A program made the position numbers and the translations under genes. A stretch of 22,645 bases of DNA from Paraspadella gotoi. Its lineage: Eukaryota > Animalia > Chaetognatha. Shown in pieces: positions 9,454 through 18,569 of this stretch (the first letter of the stretch is position 1; the number at the start of each line of letters is the position of its first letter). The notes beneath the pieces were generated by a model. The model was not told the origin of the DNA. It saw only the letters and a program-made list of their open reading frames with translations, and ran no database searches. The stretch is from positions 1 to 22,645 of the forward strand of contig JBJCIZ010000717.1 in assembly GCA_051294375.1 (NCBI GenBank), in the 5' to 3' direction.

Positions 9454-10422
9454 AGATATAAGAGGGGCTTGAATGTGTATATTTATTTTATTATATATAT
9501 TTTTTATTTATTCATTTTTTAAAACTTATTATTTATTGTATTTATTTATTTATTTATTTAGTTTTATTTATTTATTTATTTAATTATATTTATTTATATT
9601 CATTTATTTTATCTTTTTTATTTATTAACCGTTTTCTTTTCTTTCTTTTTTTCTTTCTTTCTTCTTTCTTTTCTTTCTCTTTCTTTCTTTCTTTCTCTTT
9701 CTTTCTTTCTTTCAGTTAAATCCAGGCGTGCCTCACCCTATCCCTGCGTTCCGGCTCCGACCTTTACGACATCAACCCACGGCGCCAAAGTCCTGACGAT
9801 GGCCCGGGACTCGCTCACCTCGAAGTCATTCCTTTCAAGGTAAGTTAGGTCTGGATATTTTTTATATATGAGTTGGTACCATCATTACGATTGTTGTATC
9901 TTTCCTTTTCTTTTCTTTCTTTTTTTCTTTTCTTTTCTTTTCTTTTCTTTCTTACTTTCTTTTCTTTCTCTTTCTTTCCTTTCCTGTCCTTTCCTTTCCT
10001 TTCCTTCCTTTCCTTTCCTTTCCTTTCCTTTCCTTTTCCTTTCCTTTCCTCTCCTTTCCATTCCTCCAATCTCCACAATCATTAACATGATCCTATTCTA
10101 TTTTCAAATCATAAAAACTCACCTTTGCTCCTCCATTTCCCCCTTTATCCCTCCCCCCTCCGCCTCCCCCCCTCCTCCTCCCCCCCAAACACCCCCCCTC
10201 CCAAAAAATCCAAGAGATGCCGCCTACGATCCGCGTCGCCAAACAATGATAATGGTTTCTTCGATCCCTCGAGACGCGAGGATTCGACCATCATCTCCGA
10301 ACGAGGATGAGAGAGTTCTGCGCGGTAAGGGCGTGGCTCCGCCGGAAGGGTTCATGGCGCCGACGCGTGGAGTGGTCTTGGCCGATTTTTATCGGCCGAG
10401 AGGAAGGAGTGAAGTAGGATAG
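3795..10422 (+). CDS. PAPSS: Bifunctional 3'-phosphoadenosine 5'-phosphosulfate synthase (APS kinase + ATP sulfurylase), 12 exons, many indel frameshifts (likely sequencing errors)
   Basis: Manual translation across GT-AG introns, correcting indels, recovers PAPSS motifs in order: FRGCTIWFTG|LSGAGKTT (P-loop), [68 protein letters not shown]|[31 protein letters not shown] (HxxH), LHPLG|[52 protein letters not shown]. Kinase-first domain order is the metazoan type. Confidence 0.96.
4435..4611 (+). CDS. PAPSS: PAPSS exon 2 (APS kinase P-loop)
   Basis: Acceptor AAG; GLSGAGKTTLAF...[32 protein letters not shown]; donor GTGAGA. Confidence 0.92.
5106..5190 (+). CDS. PAPSS: PAPSS exon 3
   Basis: Acceptor AAG; [28 protein letters not shown]; donor GTTTGG. 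Confidence 0.92.
5207..5430. repeat. Degenerate (GATT)n tract, PAPSS intron 3
   Basis: Direct inspection; mirrored as (AATC)n at ~20260-20490. Confidence 0.9.
5660..5731 (+). CDS. PAPSS: PAPSS exon 4
   Basis: Acceptor TAG; [23 protein letters not shown]; donor GTGAGG. Confidence 0.92.
5812..5968. repeat. 79-bp tandem duplication within the purine-rich (GAAT/GAAGAAT) intron 4
   Basis: tgaagaatga.ggat.aagaatgaac..ttagggataaa.aataaag.. starts at both 5812 and 5891. Confidence 0.85.
6228..6392 (+). CDS. PAPSS: PAPSS exon 5 (end of APS kinase domain)
   Basis: Acceptor CAG; [33 protein letters not shown]...[12 protein letters not shown]; donor GTTGAT. Confidence 0.92.
6550..6680. repeat. (GA)n microsatellite, intron 5 (duplication breakpoint)
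   Basis: Direct inspection; mirrored at 19045-19160. Confidence 0.95.
6831..6979 (+). CDS. PAPSS: PAPSS exon 6 (linker/start of ATP sulfurylase)
   Basis: Acceptor AAG; [18 protein letters not shown]...[17 protein letters not shown]; donor GTGGAG. Confidence 0.9.
7419..7637 (+). CDS. PAPSS: PAPSS exon 7
   Basis: Acceptor CAG; [35 protein letters not shown]...LVLAYK; donor GTTAGT. Confidence 0.92.
8040..8238 (+). CDS. PAPSS: PAPSS exon 8
   Basis: Acceptor AAG; [52 protein letters not shown]; donor GTTTGT. Confidence 0.9.
8360..8550. repeat. (CTTT)n then (CT)n tract, intron 8
   Basis: Direct inspection. Confidence 0.9.
8625..8804 (+). CDS. PAPSS: PAPSS exon 9 (HxxH motif)
   Basis: Acceptor AAG; LTP...[26 protein letters not shown]...GFKNPVLLLHPLG; donor GTAAGG. 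Confidence 0.95.
9152..9365 (+). CDS. PAPSS: PAPSS exon 10
   Basis: Acceptor CAG; [53 protein letters not shown]; donor GTAGGA. Confidence 0.94.
9368..9712. repeat. (GA)n, (ATTT)n and (CTTT)n tracts filling intron 10
   Basis: GA 9368-9455, ATTT 9480-9625, CTTT 9632-9712. Confidence 0.9.
9726..9839 (+). CDS. PAPSS: PAPSS exon 11
   Basis: Acceptor CAG; [33 protein letters not shown]; donor GTAAGT. Confidence 0.92.
9898..10055. repeat. (CTTTT)n/(CCTTT)n tract, intron 11
   Basis: Direct inspection. Confidence 0.9.
10215..10422 (+). CDS. PAPSS: PAPSS exon 12 (last coding exon)
   Basis: AAYD...[16 protein letters not shown]...[12 protein letters not shown]...VLADFYR; exact acceptor and stop are uncertain because of indels. 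Confidence 0.85.
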
Positions 10423-11251
10423 ATGGATATGAGGATGATAGAGGATAGATGGCATGAGATGGGAGCGTATAGGCACATGAACCGAGGAATGAGAGGAATA
10501 GATAGAATGATGGAGCTGATGGTAGAATGGAAGGCATGTTAGAGCATAGTCAAGAGAGGATAAGTGGAGGATACGATGGAGAGATGACGTGGGGATAGAT
10601 GGAGAGGATTGGTATGAAGGATAGATAGAAAAAATGAAGGTATGGCTAGAGCGATAGATGAAGAGGATGGTCGTGATAGAGGATCAGATGAAAAGAGGTG
10701 GTAGTTACCGTTCGCGTCTACTTCGTTCAATTCTTTTATTTTATTGTTTAGTGGCATTAATATCCCGCGAATTAAACGGTTTGATTATTGTATCACCCTC
10801 AAATTGATATTATATATGGTTAATTTTTTGCTTAATTCTGCAACCCGTTGAAATAGATTAGTTATTATAAACCTTACCGCAAGGACATTAGTAGTATATC
10901 GAGCCGAACAGGAATGTCGACGTAAAATCTAAAAACGCGCGGTCGAAAACTTCATTGAAAGCGCCAAAATCGTGAAAGCTCATTTTCAAGTTTCCGCTTA
11001 AAAAACATGTACGCGATGGCGAAATAGCTTCAATTGATACGGGACGTCTTAACCCAACGACTGTCGAGAAAAAACGAACGACACGGAACAAACCATATTT
11101 GTGCATTTTCTTTATTGTTTAGTCTTAATTTACGTAGATACGTCTGAACTGCGCTAAACCTGGACTAAATGAGTCTATTTTATGTCTTCAAGTGGTAAGG
11201 ATTTTTACTTGTGAAATTTATTTTATCGGCAAACGCCGCGTGTCTGTCTGT

Positions 11252-11287
11252 TCTCTCTCTACTCTCTCCCTCCTTCTCTCTCTCTCA

Positions 11288-11340
<53 letters not shown>
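11252..11340. repeat. (CT)n microsatellite
   Basis: Direct inspection. Confidence 0.9.
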
Positions 11341-11959
11341 TAAACTAAAAACGTAACTTTTTCGGTAAATTCATCGTCTTAGATTTAAGTCAAAACTTAC
11401 TTCCATCAACAAATGAAAGCAAATAGACAGCAGAAAACTGACACAGTGCGTTCAAACTGAGAAATTTTGATAATACTAGTGACACTGGGATAACCTGCGA
11501 AAGATCCAAACACTTACATCAAACATTAAGGATGCTATCTGTTTTCCAAAATAAACTAAGTAAGTGATACAAACGCAATGATGCATTACATTTTATTTTA
11601 AACTTCTTAGGAAAAGAGCGACACGAATCAATGAAGTAGACGGAAAATAAAGGGAAGTGTAACGGCGAGAAGTCACAATCAAATACGAGGTCTCTCTCCG
11701 CATTCTTTTTCTTCACCATAATAACTATCTGAAATATCAAACAATACATTAAGCCCTTACTACTGGAGTTAATTTTTAATGGGTAGATCGACAGACAGTA
11801 TTTAAATTTTTTTTTTGGACAATAACCTCTTGAAAACTGCACTTGTGCGCACTACTCACTCGAGAAATGCCTTTATCTTATCACCAGCGCAGTGATACGC
11901 TCTAAATCTGTTCTATTTTCATAACACTATTTTGTATCACGGAACATGAAACAAACAAC

Positions 11960-12390
11960 TCAAAACGAGCGCCCATCTTTTGCGCTGAACCGAGCAGCCG
12001 CACCCGCGGCGGACCAGCCCATGAAGCACCGAGAGACGCTTCCTTTCTCTTCTCCCCCATTGCCTCCAACAAGCTTCTTTCTTGCAGCGCGAATCCTTTC
12101 TTTGGGTTCCATTGTGTTATTTGAAATGTTCTCGATCGACGTTTGCGCCCGGTCGGCCAGTAAGCCATTCGAAGACTCTTGACGACCCTCCTTGGAACTT
12201 CTTCTTGAGATCGTTTGGAGACGTGGCGGTGGAGGTCATGTTACTCCCCCGGGTCTTCCTGCACCTTTGGCGATGCGCAGGAATGGGGGGGCACGTTTTA
12301 ATGGGCAGGAGAGGTTCCAAATGGTGCAGAAGGGTCCCGGGAATTATAGACTTTGAAATGAAGTTCTGCTGCTCCAAATCCTTTGATCGT
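11960..12390 (-). mobile_element. Coding-like block, possibly a decayed Tc1/mariner transposase C-terminus
   Basis: Frameshifted fragments NFISKS.., SPNDLKKKF and RCFMG..PRVRLL..KDGRSF* loosely recall the C-terminal part of Tc1/mariner transposases. No intact SPDLNP motif or TIRs were found. Confidence 0.2.
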
Positions 12391-12495
12391 CCTCTCCCCC
12401 TCTCTCTCTCTCATCTCTCTCTCTCTCATCTTCTCTCTCTCTCTCATCATCCTCTCTCTCATCCTCCTCTCTCCTCTCCCTCTCTTCTCTTTCTC
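12391..12495. repeat. (CT)n microsatellite
   Basis: Direct inspection. Confidence 0.9.
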
Positions 12496-12732
12496 GCCAA
12501 TTTCCAATATTTCAAATTATTTAGAATATTATCCAATACAGTAATTTTTTACCTTTCACTTTTATTGCGCTAGATTTTCTTTCATTGTTTACCAAACGTG
12601 ATCAGTTGTTGCACAGATTTACCGCCAATTTAAGCTAATACAATTTACTTTTTGCATTCATTTTCTCGCTTTTTTACGACTCTCCACCCCATCTCCCCCA
12701 AAAATTTAAAAGATTCTGTATTCTATTTTAGT

Positions 12733-12920
12733 TTATATCAAATCAACATCACATTTATGTACTTCAGTTTCCTCAGCATTTTGCTCTCCCTTGACGAATT
12801 CCTTCGTCCGTCCTGCGCCAGGGGCGCAGGCCATCGGATCGTCAGGCTCCGCCGAAGTGCGCTTTGCGTGCAGAAAGTTCCGCAAGGCGCAACAGTGACA
12901 GCAGACCGAGTTGCATTTCT
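12733..12920 (-). CDS. Putative Cys-rich terminal exon, possibly of the 14504 gene
   Basis: Preceded on the - strand by a C-rich tract ending GACAG, as at PAPSS acceptors. Uninterrupted frame KCNSVCCHCCALRNF...DPMACAPG...EVHKCDVDLI* ends at TAA 12733-12735. Confidence 0.35.
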
Positions 12921-13629
12921 CTGTCCAGGCGGAAGAGATGGGGGGCGGGAGGAGCGAAGGAAAGACAAAATAGAAAAGAGTTGATAGCTTATATGAAATA
13001 TTAATACTATATAATTATGAAATTAGACAACCAATATAAAAAACATACCGTTCTGTTAATAAATAAGCATGCTCTGCCCACTTGCATTTGGAAAGCCTTT
13101 GGCGCGCTTTCAACAGCTCGCATCACGCCTTACAATATTTATCAAATAAACACGATTTTAGCAACTCGACTCCCATTTCGTACTCTCGTGTTTTATTCTG
13201 TTTTACAGCAAATAAGTTGATAACAGTACATGCAAACAATGGCAAACCCTGTTGTAGTACTATTGTCCGCGTTCGTCCCATTCTCATCGCCTCGAAGAAT
13301 CGAAAACAACATGAGCATCGCCGTCGAAATCGATCTATGAGCCTGAACTATCTATTTAGAAAAAGAGTTTTTTTTCGAGATTATCCAAAATCGAGTTTGG
13401 AATGTTTTCTCCCCCCTTTCAACTTTTTTTTGAAATTCAGCATTAACCTAGAATGTGCTGGGATGTACGTACTAGTGAGCACTGAGCGCCGTTCATCACT
13501 TTCACGGCTTTGTGTCCGTTCCTTTTGGCTCTCAAGATACTGCTTATATTCATTTTTATTTTTTGATTTATTGCCTCTTTCGGTTCGTTTTTTAATTTAC
13601 GTTTTTGCTACCTTTCGAACAGATTCGAC

Positions 13630-13678
13630 CGCGTTCGTCGTCGTTCGTCGTCGTCGTTCGTTCGTCGCTCGTCGTTCG
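13630..13678. repeat. Degenerate (TCG)n tract
   Basis: Direct inspection. Confidence 0.85.
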
Positions 13679-14191
13679 TAATGCATTGGTCGGTATTTGA
13701 AAAATTTTATTGTTAATGTTTTATTGTAAAAAAGCAAGTTCTATTATCACCCAACCGTCATTTGATAAGATATAAACAAAAAAATAATAAAAATGAAAAC
13801 AATAATGATGCGAAAATGTTTTTTGATTGCTAGTGCTAGCTTACAATATAGTATTCCCCGCTTCTAATTACAATGAAAACCATTCTTTTAAATGAATATA
13901 CTATTAACTTCATTGATACGGAAGCACATGTAGCCTAAGGTACTCTGGGATCGTGATATGAACGATGACTTTGAGAGAGTTCTTGATTGAAAGCTTGCAA
14001 AGGGACCTGCCATGCTAATTATCTTGTAGGCGTGACTGAGAGCGCCTTAAGAACCACAAGCCGTCCCCAAAGTAAGGACATTCATTGACTCACTGAATGG
14101 ATACTTTATCTATATTTGAAGGAATCCAATTTAAAAAAAACAATATTCAATTTACTTAGACCAAGATGATGCTTAATTTTCGAGGCAATTA

Positions 14192-14439
14192 CCCACGGGG
14201 CCGGCTGATACTCCATTTTGAACCCCTAACTCATTGCCCCAATTCGAATGCCCGGAATAATACTTTCCGGAAAACTCTGTTTTTAGTTTGCCCGATCTTG
14301 AACTTTACCTCGTTCCCCATATTTGGCTTGCGCGGAAAATATATGCTCTCCTCGAAACTTACCCATCGCCCCACATTGGGAGTGCCCTCGTGATGCATTG
14401 ATGAACACTGAATTCCCAATGCGGCGTCGGGATTTCCGT

Positions 14440-14471
<32 letters not shown>

Positions 14472-14504
14472 GACAAGCGACGCATCCCGGCTCGCGGGCG
14501 ACAT
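14192..14504 (-). CDS. Putative first coding exon of a secreted protein (unknown family)
   Basis: ATG at 14504 in tcaaaATGtcg (similar context to the PAPSS start) or ATG at 14485; MRRLSVVVVVVAVAVDG is signal-peptide-like; open frame to 14231; candidate donor GTAATT at ~14191. Confidence 0.45.
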
Positions 14505-14624
14505 TTTGAAGCAGAAAAAAAAAAAAGTTTGGGGATTAAAAATTTTGAGAAATCGATTTGTGGTCGAAAAAAGCTTTGTAAGCGCGGCCCTTCTGCGAAC
14601 GAATGGACAGAAGGCTCGTTGCGC

Positions 14625-14910
14625 AGAGAGAGAGAGATAGAGAGCAGAGATCGAGAGAGAGAGAGAGAGAGAGAGACGAGAGAAGAGAGAGTGATCGAGA
14701 GAGCAATTCGAGAGGATGGAGAGACGAGCAGAGAGAGTGCGCGCGCGATTTAAAAGAGTACGAGCAACGGCGGCAAAGAGCCGAGGAAAAGAGAGAGAGA
14801 GAGAAAGAGAGCAGAGAGAGAGAGAGAGAGAGAGAGAAGCAGAGAGAGAGGAGAGAGGAGAAGAGAGACGAGAGCAGAAAAGACGCACGAGAACAGAGCG
14901 AGAAGAGAGC
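14625..14910. repeat. Long degenerate (GA)n tract
   Basis: Direct inspection; source of several spurious RE/LS ORFs. Confidence 0.9.
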
Positions 14911-17900
14911 CAATGAAGAAGCGTTCCCAAGTTAGAGAATCAGGCCAATGTTTTTTTCTTATTTCAGTTGGATTCTCTTTAATTTCTTCATCCGCTTGGT
15001 AGGATTGAATTTTCGGGAGAAAAAAACATTTATTTGTTTTCGATTGGGCTTGATTGTTATGGTTTCAGTTGTTCTATATTGTTGTTATTGTTTAGATTAC
15101 GGCCGCATGGATATATGCGTACTCATTTACTAAAGTTTACACTACGCTTTCAATCAAAACCCGACGACTGATCTTAAAAACGATAAAAAAAAACAACAAA
15201 CCTTACTACCTCCCTTGCCTCATGCGCTTTCCCTCTGCTCTCTCTCTTCCCTTCTCTACTCTCTCTCCTCCTCTCCTCTCTCTCCTCTTCATCTCTTCTC
15301 CTCTCTTATCTCTTCCTCTCTACTCTCCTCACTCAGGTCACCTATTCGTGTTTCGACCCGCTCCCAACGCGCCTCCCTCTAACCCTGCGACCTTCCGTCC
15401 GCGCACTCGCGAAAGGCGGGGGCAGGCAGGGGCGCGAGGTGGGCGGGGGAACGAATTTTGGCAGGGGAAAAAAAGCGGAAAGGATTGGGCATTGGATTTT
15501 CATCTGTGTTTAAGTTGATCAGTCTCTTTGAACTATTCACGCATTTCAGATTCGTTTTACATCGATAGCACCGTCTACTCGCTAATAAATAAAGATCAAC
15601 AATCCGATAATATATTTCATTATTCCAGCTCTAGGTTTAGCAAAGCTATCCAGTTATTCGACCAAATTAAACCTTCATTTTTTAACATGGTTTACAATTT
15701 TGTCGATCTCCTGTGCTTTCGCCAAACAGAGCCGATTCTCATCTTGATTTTCAGAGAAAGCGGCAAACGAGGAACTCTTGTGATTAAAAAAAAATGTTTA
15801 TTTTAGCCCAAAGCGAAAAAAAAATGAACGGAAAAATCTAAAGTTCCCAAAAACTTCAAAGGAATTTTTCTTCCCCAGTTTCTGGTATTCTTAAGACGTG
15901 ACGGTTGTTTAACTTCCAATGTATGGACTTCAGGACTAAAAAAGAGTGGAAGAAGATGAGAAAACTGCCGGATGAGGAGGAACAAAAAGATGCTCCGAAA
16001 AATCTGTCACAACTTTTCTTTCAACTCGCTTTACTAAATACGCCGCTCATAATGTCGGGATGGATTTTTTGAACAATACCTATAACTTTCTTATTTAAGA
16101 CCATGCAGTGAGTTTTTGTAATTACTCCTGCAGTAAGAAAAAAAAACTCCGTTGGCTCCAACATGGTGGCTGACTTGTATTTACCGGTTGACGGTTTAAC
16201 CTCTTCCTCATAACTTTTCCCTGACTAAAATAATATGCTCAGCTCGTGGAGTTTAATTTCAGGTATTCTCTGATCTATCTACCTAAGGAAGTGACTCAAT
16301 TTTCTTATGACAAATACGGACTCTCAGGCTTCTCCTTTGGCACCGTGAATAAACCTCAGACTGTGATAGGAGTCTGCCTTGATGGAAAACGCCTGCCAAA
16401 AAGGGCACCTTTGCTATGTCATTTATCTCTTTAAAGCTGCATGACACGGCCTCAACCCACCATTAGCCTGTGCCTTAAACTTCTCTCGTTCACTTGAATC
16501 GAACTTGATTCAATTATTGCGTCACTTGCACGTCCCCTGACCGAATTTCATACAAAACCTGCACGCTCCACACTGTATTTTTCAACCTCGTTTCCATGGC
16601 GACGAGCCGAACCTATTCAATCTATTCAAACTCGCCGGTCAAATCGACTTCTAAAACCCACAATTCGCCTTCCCCTCCTCTTCCACACACTAGTAAGCTC
16701 GACCCTCGCAGCGACCATACTTACGCCCGAGACCAAACAAAATTCCCTACCCTACCTATAGTTTCTTCGATCGATGAACACAACAAGAGCCATCGATCCG
16801 ATTCGTTTCATCAACACTAAAACTTGTTTTTCCTTTTCCAATTTTCGTTTCGATTCTTTTTTTTAACAATTGGATCTCCGTCAGCGTAGCGGGCGGGCGT
16901 TTATCGCTATTTGTTGTACCGATCTTTCGTCATTTCGCTACCGCTTTGTTTTCAATTTTTTGACGCAAGCCCATTTTTCATCACAGCAGTATATTCCTGC
17001 TGTGAGACGTCTCCTGCGAGCTCTTGACCTTTCTTTGTTTTCGAAGTCTTGATAAGCTTTGGTATTTATTGCTTTTTTTTTAGTTTCTTTGACAGAGACA
17101 AGAGCAGAAGAGACCGAGAGAGACGACGCGGAGACGAGAGGACTCGAGACTGAGAGCGAGAGAGAGATGAGACGAGAGAGGAGAGAACAGCCTTCAATCT
17201 CGATTCACCTAACATGGTGGGACAAAGTCTTCTATTTCACTTTGTCAATTTCTAACCAACATTATCTGTAAAATTCACAGGTTTTGAAGAATGAGTAAAA
17301 AAAAAAAACCAACAAATTTTCCTTTGTTATCCGTTTTCTTTCTTTAATCCAATTAATTCATTAATATCTTTTATCTTGTTTTTCCCTTTTCTTTCATTAA
17401 AAATAAATTTGACGCGACTGTGTTCGCTGTTAATGCGTTAGTTCTTAACCCACTAGCACTATCATTGATTTATTCATCCCCTTTTTCAACTCATCACCTA
17501 TTTGCACAATACATTACGGTTATTTCCTCTTTATTTTGCTTCGGTTCCCTATTTTCTAGATTTTGAGCAATTTCTGTATCATTAAACTTGTTCGTTAATC
17601 GTTGAGTTAAAAAAGGACGGTATTCCTATTTAATTGTTTTTCTTTTTTTTTGGGTTTTCCTATCGATGCCCGTACGGGTATAAATTTAATTTGAATTAGG
17701 AACGAGTTACTCGCCAAAGCCGTTAGATCGACCAAGTTCGATAATGGCTGCACTCATTACCGAGAAACGATAGGAAGATTAGCTTAGAACAGAAAGAAAC
17801 AAAACGAGGACAAGAAAAGATAGAAGGAGAGAGAGAGAGAGAGAGAGAGAAGAGAGACGAGAGAGAGAGAGAGACCGAAGAGAGCACGAGAGCCCGCGAG

Positions 17901-17976
17901 AGAGAGAGAGCGTTCTTTTTAAAAAAAGAACTTAAAACCAACTTGAGCAAACAAATTGTTCGGATCTGCCTACCGA

Positions 17977-18078
17977 TAATTAATTAATTAATTTGATTTA
18001 ATTAATTAATTAATTAATTTAATAAATAGATTAATTAATTTAATTATAGATTAATTAATTAAATTAATAGATTAATTA
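17977..18078. repeat. (TAAT)n self-complementary tandem repeat
   Basis: taattaattaat arrays with TAGA interruptions. Confidence 0.9.
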
Positions 18079-18434
18079 TCAATTTACTATTCAAGCTTGT
18101 CGATCAATCGCACTGTCCTTAAATTCGAGTCAGCACAGTTATTAAAATGTTTTTGTTTACATCTCTTATCAAAACAAACCAAAACTATCCTCTATTATCG
18201 AGCCAGGCGGGACAAGCCCGTACCTGTCAAGATTTCTTTTTCCGGTTTAGGCTTCCGGTCTCGCTTTTTTGCAATCATGGCTTCTGAAAGTGTGATATCA
18301 TAGGGAGTTGAATTTTCAATGTATATGGTTCTCTAATCATAAGATCTTTAAAATTCTCCATGTGTTTCATATCAACTATTGGTATTCGTTTTATGTTTTA
18401 TTTACAAAACAAAAAACGTTTTAATTCATATTGC

Positions 18435-18519
18435 GCTCTCTCTCTCTCTTCTTTTTCTCCGTCCACTGCTTCTTCTACAAAACGAGTTCCGGGCGCTCGT
18501 GCAGCGTCATGTCCCAGCT

Positions 18520-18569
<50 letters not shown>

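Noticed and set aside
8047-10422. Long RE/KE-rich and FLS-rich ORFs (8047-8550, 8292-8855, 9845-10088, 9868-10422)
   Set aside because: Stop-free microsatellites; only the embedded PAPSS exon segments are coding.
11431-11900. Weak direct repeat gaaaactg..gtgcg..gagaaat at 11432 and 11832
   Set aside because: Too short and gapped to support LTRs or element ends.
13082-13681. 199-aa + strand ORF
   Set aside because: No recognisable motifs, non-ATG start, composition typical of non-coding DNA, and it ends in the (TCG)n tract.
13950-14045. Possible C/D-box snoRNA (..GATGA..CTGA)
   Set aside because: No canonical RUGAUGA box or terminal stem.
14283-14935. Overlapping ORFs of 66-215 aa over the GA tract
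   Set aside because: Low-complexity translations of (GA)n/(CT)n.
16290-16430. Minus-strand KVPFLAGVFHQGRLLSQSEV resembling ribosomal protein uL10
   Set aside because: Short isolated similarity with no supporting flanking motifs.
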